This document shows positions 26,201-64,000 of a stretch of DNA of 64,000 nucleotides, piece after piece. This stretch comes from Fimbriosthenelais zetlandica (taxonomy: Eukaryota). Location: positions 19,220,001 to 19,284,000 of the forward strand of contig OZ365114.1 of the NCBI GenBank assembly GCA_977030845.1. Direction: 5' to 3'. Both the position numbers and the translations under genes were made by a program. The notes under the pieces were generated by a model. It was given only the letters and a program-made list of their open reading frames with translations, did not search any database and was not told the origin of the DNA. Each line of letters starts with the position of its first letter. Positions within the stretch are counted from its first letter, which is position 1.

Positions 26201-28255
26201 TGGTCAGCCCGAGTCCTGGGTAGGTACTCCTTGAAAATATAGCAACAGGGTTCAATCCATAAATGTCCAAACATTGAAGTGCTCAGTATCGATGATAAAT
26301 TCTAAAATCTGCAGAACTTTTCCATAATTATTATGGATATAAGTGTCTTTACACAATGGAATGTTTTTCAATTCATGTGTTATATATCTGTTGCCATCCT
26401 TACCTCAACAATAAAGTTCCTGAGTTTCTGCAGTGCAGGTTGAATGTGGTCTCGGATGGTCCTGCGGCCCTCATGCCGCAATTCATGCCTACAAAAACGC
26501 AATGTCATAAAGGCACTGTTGAAGCTGTACACTGACTCGTAGCTTTGATCAAAGCAGACGCCTGAAACATTTAACTTACCTTCTGTGCCTTGATAAAGTG
26601 AGGTTGTCGAGGAGTTCAGTAAATGGTGGGAAGAAAGGGGTCTCCTGCGGCTCGCGGTTCAAATACTGATCAATTTGTTCTGGCACTTTCACCTGCAAAA
26701 GTGTGTTGCCATATGAATTGTAAATTTGAATTAAAAAGTTACTGTTTATTTTGTCACAAATCTGTTGCAGGTTATCGAATAGAGAGAATGTATACTCGAG
26801 ATCCAAGATGGTTTAAAATGAACAGAAGATACCACTCACAACGGAAACACGATGGTTGGTGGTGCCTAATTTGATAGCGCGGCGCATCAGGGCAATCATT
26901 TCATCAATCTGAAAGAGTATGCATTCCCTGATTGATTGATTGATTGAATGGGGTTTAACGTCACTTTCAACAATTTTTCAAGAAGATTGTTATTAGTTGT
27001 TACCACGTACCTTCTGTCAGTCACGAATTATTTGAATAATTTCACAAATCGAGTGATCAAAAACAACTTGACCCACCTGACGTGGTAGGGAATGCAGACG
27101 TTTGAGGTACTTCCCATAATCGCTTTCGTCCTTGAAGTCGGTAAAGCGGACCCAGGTCATTGATTTATGCATTCCTTCCAGGAAGTTCACCGGACTCAGA
27201 TTCCCATAACTAGATTATTTGAAGAAAGTTATTTATCAGACTTATAGGCGAAAGGGGAAGAGTGTGCAAAACAGTTTTGAACAACATAACACTTTGTCTA
27301 TTTTTGACGTTTGAAGCAGCAGAACTGGAAGCAGATTTGAGAATTGTAACAATGTTCTACTTACTCCCGCCACGCAAAGCCATCGACGTAAGTTTGAAGT
27401 TGATCCTTTAGTACCCATAATGTGAGACGATCAGTCACAGAAAGGCGACCCTCATCTATCACTTTGGCTTCTTCCAAGAATTGGCTGCAGTTATCCTGCA
27501 AAAGGCAGTATCTCATTGCTGTGTATAATTAAAGGGACTGGGAAATGAAAGCAATAGACTGTGTTTAACCAAACACATGGAAGTTCTGATGGACACCTAG
27601 CTGCATATTTGAATGTTAGACTCACCTTTCTTTGTTGGAATGTATCCAAAGAGAAGGACTCGAGTTTATCATCATGATCATGGAAATCTTCACTTGTGGC
27701 ATCTTCAGGATACTGCAGTAATTTCCACTGCCAGAATCTGTCTGTCAGATTTCGTAACTCGGGATCTTCAGGCTCTATACATGATAGAAAGCATGAGTAT
27801 AATGTATTCTAAAAGGTGTATAGGGGACAGATCTGGTGAATTTTTTTTTTTTTTTTTTAAATTTATCTATATAAATTTACACACGAGGCACTATAGAAAA
27901 AGCTATGGCAAGCAGGAGCGCACAAGGATGCTGTTTTCATCCTGCTTCCTGCCGCAACAATTATTACATCAAAATTGCCTGTTTAAACGAAATATTAATC
28001 ACTAATATATTATGCTTAAACAGGCAGTGGCTGCCCTTAAAGTAGACTCTAAAATGTACCCTAGATTAGTGACCAGATTCAGTCCCTAAACACAAAGTAC
28101 ATGTACATGTACTACATTTGGGACATTAATTAGTACATGAAAGTCATTAGTAAGTACAGGTATGCCGAGTGTTACCTACCATCTTGCCCCTGTCCGTTAA
28201 CCAGAATATAGAGTGCAGTAATCAACAGCATCAGGCGCCTCATGCTGGGCAACAT
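23276..28255 (-). CDS. DUF885-family protein, paralog B (627 aa): signal peptide, putative zinc-metallopeptidase-like domain, GPI-type tail
   Basis: Exons 28255-28180, 27774-27626, 27495-27365, 27209-27077, 26908-26840, 26692-26580, 26488-26404, 26229-26062, 25937-25851, 25720-25623, 25459-25376, 25252-25192, 24984-24877, 24651-24587, 24261-24190, 24060-23891, 23490-23276 (1884 nt, open frame). N-terminus MLPSMRRLMLLITALYILVNGQG (start may be M5). Motifs ALHESNPGHHLQ, VEGWGLYAEHMG, RACRLVVDTGIH, EVDRYITWPGQACAYKIG; C-terminus SGSPSDVRVASLTLLILCSICLSLFTRGQRMIL. Confidence 0.93.
23793..23850. repeat. ~27-bp tandem duplication in the last intron of DUF885-B
   Basis: tacttatttctaacttaggc occurs twice back to back. 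Confidence 0.75.
26930..26980 (-). mobile_element. SINE-like tail, (GATT)n + gaatggggtttaacgtcactttcaac, in a DUF885-B intron
   Basis: Tetranucleotide run followed by a gtttaacg core similar to the 5630 and 54649 element ends. Confidence 0.4.
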
Positions 28256-31200
28256 CCGACAAAAACACTAATCACCAATCAGAGTTCAATACTTCCTCTA
28301 ACACGCACTGGCCCAGAAATATTAGTGAGATATGTGACATCTAGAATCCTGTGAATATCTCCATCTCATGTGCATGCCTTAGGCGGCGGTCCTCTCCAAA
28401 TAGATATCCTACGGCTATTTCCTATGTCCGAGTATTGGAGCCAGTTCAGCCATGCATGACTGAGCCAATGGTCACAGTGAGTAGCTCATGAGCAATAGAT
28501 TTATGAGATGAGCAGGGGGCAGAAGCAGAAGGAGCAGTGATAGAAGGGAAGTTGAGATTGTGATTGCCTTTCTGCCCTGGTACTGTCACGGGTGTCACTC
28601 GTTTTGATTTTGAGTCCACCATGCATGAAGAAAACAGCGGGAATGAAGCCTGAGATCTGGTCCAGCTTCAGCCATGCCCTGGAGAGGAAGCCTGCAGGAG
28701 GCCAGTCTTCATATGTCCACGTGCCCTGCTGCCCCTCCACGGACGCTACAAGCGTCCAGTTGACCGGGCAGGAAGTGCTGGAGGAGAATGGGAGGAGGAA
28801 GGAGGTGTACAAGGAAGAGGAACTGCAGGAGCAGCAGCAGGAGGAGGTGGAGGAGGAAGAAGGGGAGCAATGTAGTCCTTGTCACAACCAGAGCCAGCGC
28901 TCATACAAAAGGCTTTATCAGCCTGCAGCCTAACGCTTACTGACTCTCCGCTGCATCTACCTCCCTCACCTCCTCCTTTTCCATCACAGACCTAATTGCA
29001 GCCCCACATCTTATCAGTGAAGAGAGAGATGGGGTGCCTGGGTGAATGTGGTGGTGGTGGTGGAGGCTGAGGAAATATTGGGTGGGTGGGATGGAGGGAG
29101 GGGGTAGGTGGATGGGAGGGAGTATGGGAGGGTGGGTTGGAGAGCTGAGAGCATTGGCTGGCTTATAGCAGGGTGCTGGTCCAAGCTAACACTCCCACAC
29201 ACTCTCATATACCCACACACATTCAGACACTCAGTAAAGAGCACACTGATCAATGGAGACAAGCTACAGGAAACATACATAATCCAGCTATGGCTTGCTA
29301 AGCAAATGGTTGGAGGCAATAGGAAAGCTTTGAAAGCCTTGCAACGGCTAGAGACAACAAAACGAATGAGATGCAGAGGAAAAGGGAAGGGCCTTAATTA
29401 TACCCATTCCTTAACGGAATGAGTATAGGCTAGATCAAATGGATGACGAGGAGAATAGATGACTGAAGGGTGATAGGACAATGAACAGTGAGCCCCGACT
29501 GTATGTCTTAATGGGTGAACACATTGCAGGCGGGCATATCCACATTATTGTTCTGAAAGGGAGATGGAGCTACAAGGCAGAGTAATTGAAATTACTGTCC
29601 TTTGTAACCACACTAATTTGTCATTAACACATTAGTGGAAAGCAGCCTAAGACCTGCCTTAGGGTCCTTATTTCCTATTTACTTAGATAAAGGACACACA
29701 CAGAATTTCCAGTCCCATTATTAGTGTATATACCCGTATAGTTCATTAGTTGACACAAGATTTGGGACAGCGGGGGCCTTCTTCCAAACAAACATGGGGC
29801 TGACAATTTTCCATCCATAAAATTTAATAGACCCAGTCTATTAAGTATTAAAATGTAATGAAACAAAAGTAACATCTAACAAATCATAGAAAATTGGGAA
29901 TGAACTTTATGCCATCAGTTCTCATGGAAGTTACTATCGAGAACATATAACTGATACTTGGGATGTAGCTTGGTTCATACACTTGTAAGCAGTACCAAGA
30001 ATTGCTTGGCAATAGACAAGACTAAACTAGAGGCATGCATGTGCTATAATAATAGAGGCCTACCTCTTGCTACTTGGAAGCGATTAACTAGTGTTATTAG
30101 CTAAAATTCCAGGAAGGAGACTGGTGCATGAAGGGAGATAAGAATAGATAGAAGACCAGTGGTAGCTGCAGAGATAAGCTATAGGTCTGTGCAGGCCTAT
30201 GACTTAGTGCCAGTAATACGCAACATATGGAAAATGAAAACGTTCTGGACGATAAAGTCCTAAATAAAACCTTGGCCCTGGTCTCTAAAAATATTAGAGA
30301 CATAATCTCCCGGTGAAAGAGACCCATATGATAACCTGGACCCATCAGCAGGGAACATATGGCCTAAACAAATTTTGTTGGGATGTTTGCATTAATTATT
30401 GAAAATCTCTTAAATGCAGAATTTTGCCTGCCAAATTGGGACTGCGTTTACTTGGAATATAGACGTTAAGCCCAGTAGAGGCCCTTCCTGTCTGGAAATA
30501 ACTCGAGGAATTTACTTATATTTCATGGCATTTCTCAGTACCAACTGCCACGAACACATCCTGACTATTCTGTGATGTGCAGCCATCATGTCAGCGGCGG
30601 CCGGTGGTGGCGCTAGCAGCAGGGCCATCAATGGTGGACGGATGTTGATAGATTACCTCATAACTCACCCTTTCATGGATGTGGTAGAAAGGTTTACAAG
30701 TTGTTGACGAGCAGGTGTTAAACCTTGCTTGGCCTGTAACCTTCAGACTCTGTAGGCATATTTCCAGTTACAGCATTCGTGAAGACCTGGGCCTGTAATA
30801 GAGAGTATACATGTAGGCTTTGATTACCAAGGTAGAGTAAGTTTTTCTGTATTTTATAAGGTTTAATTTAATTAATTTATCATCATTTTCAATTTCTTTC
30901 CAACCTTTCTACATTAATTGATGATTGCACAAATCTCTGTGGAGGAGTGGTGACATCCATTGTGCGATTCTTCTGCATGAGGTAACACTGCACTGTATGG
31001 GTCCAAATCCCCACTCAAACCTTCACATTTCTGTCTTATTCCTCCTCAAACCTTCACAAACTCGGAGAGGTCACCTAAAGGGGAAAAGCACGAGTTTCAT
31101 GTAGGGTTTTATAAACAAAAAACTTGAATTATCCTGGAATACATTTGGAGATAAAATATAGAATATTCAGCAAGTTATTTCAAGAAAACAATGACGTCAC

Positions 31201-34200
31201 TTACACTGCCAGTGGCGCCCTCTGATGAATATAGGTCAAACCCTCTCTATTGGCGGCATTCGTCAGAACTATCTTCACTAGAAGCGAGTGCCTTGCATAA
31301 TGCGGAGGAAAAGCCCTGAAAGAGTGTGGGATAACATATGCAAATATATTATAGGCATCATTTACACTACTTTTTAGGTAGATATCAATTGATGTATATT
31401 AGCTTTGTGAATCCAGACACTTCTCCACATATATAGCTCAAATAGGATTCCATTTTAATTCCAACTATGAAAGATGATGTAGACAACAAATGATACACTT
31501 GGCTTTAAAATGTTTAATTTTATTTATGAGTTATCAGTTACAATACATATTTCTTCCATGATGTACAAATTTGGGACGCTTAATAATAACTCTACTGGTA
31601 AAATTTGCAAGTTGATGAAAAGGACCTTCTTAACTCATTTTCCATTTAACTCCTTTGGAAGTGCCGATGCTTTACTAGCCTTGGGATTTATTAGAAATTA
31701 ACACATGTGAAAACGCCTTAAAATGACGTTCAGCTCCAATAAGGTGGCTGCCCTGATCAAAAGTTATTTTTTTTGTAAGCAAAAGAGATAATTTTGTTCC
31801 ATGATGTGCTGGTTCTGGTGATGGGTAGCCTATGCTGAAAATAAGCTGTACCTATTATTAGAAAGCTACACAATTCAATCATGATTCATATAATTATAAT
31901 GCTAACAATCATGATATTCATTCATTTCAAATTATATTATACAGGTCATACAATGCTAGTGTCAAGTTGGAAATGCAGATACAAATTATCCTGATATTAA
32001 AACATTAGACTCAACCAGAGGGAAGATCACCTGCCAGCTAAACATTTGTTAACAAATGACATTAATTACATAAACATGAATAATTACCGGACTGACTGCT
32101 GGATTTCAACAAAAACATTTAAGCTGGTAGGACATTCAACGGAAGTAATGTTGATAAATGGAGGTGTTGAACGTCACATGTATATGTCAGGGTAAGATAA
32201 GAAGCATGGGTTTATAGAGATGGTGACTCTGTGACACAGTTGCCATGCCAACCCAAGCCTGGACACGACCCTAGTATCCCGGTCTCCTCTATAATACAAT
32301 CAGACATTGAAAGACTTTCCGATCAACCGAATTAAATGTTTCTACTTCCTTTAATGAAGTTCAGAATTTAAGTTCCAGAATATAATTTATATGAATTTGA
32401 ATGAAGTTGACCAGGACACAAAGCAGGCAGGTGACCAGGAGGCAGGCTGGTAACCAGTAAGCACGAGTCGTCTGACTGTCTTGACTGGTCGCTATGCTGG
32501 GACATGAGGCTTCAATGTTTACAAACAGATGCTGTCTGGATTAGAAGGCCATAATAAGGTAGAAATGATGCCAGGCTGAGCTGACATTGATATGATTGGA
32601 TCATCAGCTTGCTTTCTTGTGCTAAATGCAGAAACAGAATAACAAAGAATCACTGTCCAGCATCCTGGTATTGCCATAGTGAAATATGAACAAACACTAA
32701 CATACTGCTGACAGAATGGAGCATCGTGTGGCTCTTCTAGCTATAACACACAACAAACTAGAATGAAGCACTTAGATACCAGTATGTAGTCACATACATA
32801 AACATTAACCATTAATGTCTTATCTATAATCTAGGATTTGAGTCCTGGAGGTTGTAAGGGTTAAGTCCGCGGTTACGTTAATTGACATTACAAGCTGGGT
32901 TGTGGGATCCCCAAAGCTTTATCTTACTAAAACGTGGACTGAACCCTTCGAATCTCATTTTAATTTTTATCTGACAAACTCAATGTATGTTGGCCCTCTA
33001 GTCCCAATCTTTATACAGTGGAAGTAGCTCAAATGATGACACATATCCCTGCCAGCTGGCATGACAACATGCGCTATGTAAGATAAAATGGTTACTTCTA
33101 CCCGTCAATCTAACAAATGATCTATATAATGAGTCGCATCAACTGATCTCATTTTAAACACTAACAACTCATTCATTCTTCAAAGGGCAGCAGCAGTGTT
33201 GGGATGCTTGTAGACGTGAGAGACGGGTCCTCCTGGCTGGAGATATTCTCACCCGACTCCGGAATGATACAATGGATCCCATGCATAGTCTAAAGAGCTT
33301 AATCATCATCATCCCCTACATGACGACTGCTGTATGTCAAGGCTGAAGATGTAGTCAGCATCATAAGCAGCGGTCTCACATCCAGTACATCCGTGCTCCA
33401 CTCAACTTGCACACCTGCGCAATTACAATCACGGCTGATGAAATCTTCTTAGTCCTTCACCAGGCCAAATACACAGCGCAAGTTTGTTCTCATCTAACGT
33501 CAAAAATTTTGGCAATGTAGTATCCAAAGTGTGTGTTATGAAGCCTATTATGAGAGAAGAATTATGTACAGTCTTTTTTGATTTGTTCGCTCTTGTAATG
33601 GAAGGAGCGAAGAAGCTACAATGCGTCGTCATCATGTTACATAGTTCACATGTGAAATATGAGAAGAGTATTATTTGGAGCACCCTGGTTCATGATATAT
33701 GCCAGTCAGCGGCTTGCTACCCAAGCATTTCTTTAGGAGGCGCCCTAACTGTGTCATAATTCACAAGATTAACATCAGGTGGCCGCATGAAGTGTGTAGG
33801 GGCTTTCAAGCAGGCCACGGTTACATGTTCAACTCAGGTGACGACCCGGGCCATCCAGAATCAGGCAAGGTTTCCCATCTTAATACGTTGGGTACCTAAA
33901 GCCAGCACATGCCAGAGCAGGAGTCAGTGAAGCTTGCCTGGTGTCGCTTTTAGTCCCACCACCAATTCATATATCATACAGATTATCCCAGTTAGCCAGT
34001 CATAGGAGTGGGAGGTGGTCAAGGCCTGCCACATAACAGTGTCATTAAGTGTCAGTCTGTTGGGTACAAACTGTTCACTTCTACAAGTCAATAGCACTAA
34101 ATACAGCCATATTCATCCACTGTGTCCTCGTCGTGTAAGTACTGTTAACAGCATGTTCTCCAGTGTCAATTTAAGCCATTAATTGTTGGCAATGGGAGTG

Positions 34201-34603
34201 ATGTCGCCTTGGTTGAAGTAATTAAACTTGGTTAAAACAAGTTAAGCCAAGTTTCCTAGTGTAAGTTGAATGTAGAAGACATTGAACTCGGTTAGAGGTA
34301 CTAGAAGGATGGTCACTGAAGAAGTTAATTGCCAAGAGCTAAGCTAGTTTGCTTCCTTCTTGCTGATCCATGGCTTTGTGTCTTATGGCTGTAGTACAAA
34401 GCATCATAGCAATGTCGCCCATGTTTCGTTCTTCGCGCGGCAGCTACCTTGTGGTTGGCCGATATCTAGCCACCTCACATGGCCATGATGGCAGCACAGC
34501 AGCAGCTGACTGGCTTAGACCTATGTGACCTGTATGTGGCGTTGCCTTGGTGACTTCTCCCTGAACTAGACTGGCCTGGTAGAGGGAAGGTGGACCCCAT
34601 GTG

Positions 34604-62418
<27,815 letters not shown>

Positions 62419-62676
62419 CTGTTTAACAAGAAAGACCAGATGTTGAGATGAAAATACATAAAGCAGAACACGCATGACTTTCAAACAAAGCATACATTAT
62501 AAGAAAGACTTTAGATTCATAACATAGTTTCTTCAAAGATGTTCATATTGCTTGGAGCTGTGGCAGGTGTCAGGATAGATATGCTAAACTATCAGTTATT
62601 CTAGTAGGTAGCAAGATGCCTCTAGAGCAATATCATGATTATTTTTTATCACTGTTTCAGTTTGGTTCAAACTCAC

Positions 62677-62886
62677 AGCAACCTGTTGTTTCAGTTTTTG
62701 GGTAAGGGCATGGCCTGCCCTCCAGGGACCTGGAGAAGGGTGGTGTTCTTGGTTTAAGACTCGCCTGTAATATTGGGCGAGCCGAGATCGATTCTTGCTC
62801 TGGGTCAGTTTGACCACGTTGTCCACCAGAGGTAAGAGTTGTGAGTGGACCATGTCCAATATCTCAGCTGTCTCACTCCCGGCCAT
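62677..62886 (-). CDS. Candidate CASK alternative first coding exon (70 aa, MAGSETAEILDMVHSQLL...KLKQQVA)
   Basis: Kozak context aagATGG with an upstream in-frame TGA; donor GCT|gtgagt at phase 0, in frame with the L27 exon at 62418. Confidence 0.55.
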
Positions 62887-64000
62887 CTTGCTTCTCCATC
62901 AAGTCGAGCACGTATGTTTTATAAAGGTAGGACACCTAGTTAGCGAGTCACACTTTTTTTTTTACATGGCCAGTTGTGACAACAAATCAGTCAGACACAG
63001 TCACATCTTGCTTCACAAGTAGTAAGTGATGTTTAAGATTGCTAGACTTGCCCAGAGTAAATGGTAGGGTAGAAATTTATGTCTGCAAAATCATATGCAG
63101 AAAATATGAAGTCCATAGGGGTTATATGCTTCACCAAGAAAGCCTGGGGAGTTTGCTGACAGCATAACTAAAAAAAGATCCAGAAGTTTCAAGATGATTG
63201 CTGATCTAAGATCAGTGTTGCTGTTGAAGGATCTTCATATATTTCAGTCAGGCATCTCTGCCGGGATCGGATTACCGGTATTTTAAATTTACAGTTTGAC
63301 TTTGCTATATATTCCTATGGGCGGGATATATAGTCCTACAGTTGAAGGAAGCAATATATCCACACAGGTCTGATGTGTGTTCCACGCACTGACAGCTCGT
63401 ATGAAGCCTTACAGCAGAGCAAGCAGCCATATGTAATGCCAGCCACCACAGATGGAAGTCTCTATTATATCAACACACTAGTTTTTCTCCATGTTTTACT
63501 GATCCTATTATATCTAATACTGAAAGTTATGCACGAATGAAAACTACTTAAGCACATGACTGAACGATTATACAATCTTGGGCCAATTTCCTGCCAGGAT
63601 ATTCCAGGATAAACAAAGTTTGATCCTACTAATCATTCAATCTTCTCTTTTGACCAGTAATGCTTTCAGACGATTCATCTGCTACTTGAGAGGACTTGAC
63701 CTTAGTATGAGGATCAGTGGAGAGATCACCAGGACTAACCAAACACTTTAATGACAAATAAAAACACCTGCCACAGCAAAAGAAAACAGCTTACACTGTA
63801 TAAACAGCTTACACCATATCTTGACCCAATACTTGAAGGACTTTTGTGTATATATGTGTATATTTTCCATCACCTGACACGAACTGAGTAAGCAGCTCTG
63901 CCCATTAAAGAATTAATTATATTAAACACCCAGTTTAATTAAAATTTATTATCTAATTGCCATGAGAGATGGACTATAATATGACTCAAACATATTACTA

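Noticed and set aside
28500-29420. Glu/Gln-rich and Pro-rich ORFs upstream of DUF885-B
   Set aside because: Driven by low-complexity purine runs; probably TE decay, with no splice structure.
62600-62676. GC-AG donor after ...NNHDIALE giving an L27-like extension
   Set aside because: GCATCT is a very poor GC donor; the upstream GTGAGT donor at 62676 is much stronger.

Overview
This is intron-rich, AT-rich animal DNA, probably from a marine invertebrate (taxon not determinable here). Most entries in the ORF track are spurious or partial exons. Four protein-coding genes were rebuilt by hand from GT-AG splice sites with consistent phases. (1) A matrix metalloproteinase on the minus strand (ATG 2934, running off the left edge). 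(2, 3) Two convergent DUF885-family paralogs, 15454-21039 (+, 16 coding exons, 631 aa) and 28255-23276 (-, 17 coding exons, 627 aa). Both carry a signal peptide, many N-glycan sequons, the HExxPGHHxQ and EGWGLYAE motifs and a GPI-type C-terminal tail, so a mainly bacterial family appears to have been converted into intron-rich animal cell-surface proteins. (4) The 3' part of CASK on the minus strand (second L27, PDZ, SH3, GuK; stop 34604). CASK also shows a tandem duplicated, probably mutually exclusive GuK exon pair, several candidate internal first exons and an AG|GTAAGT recursive-splice-like site. The rest is decayed retroelements, SINE-like tails (one with a 13-bp TSD), hairpins and an orphan GPI-tail exon pair. 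All coordinates are hand-counted, and no database search was run.
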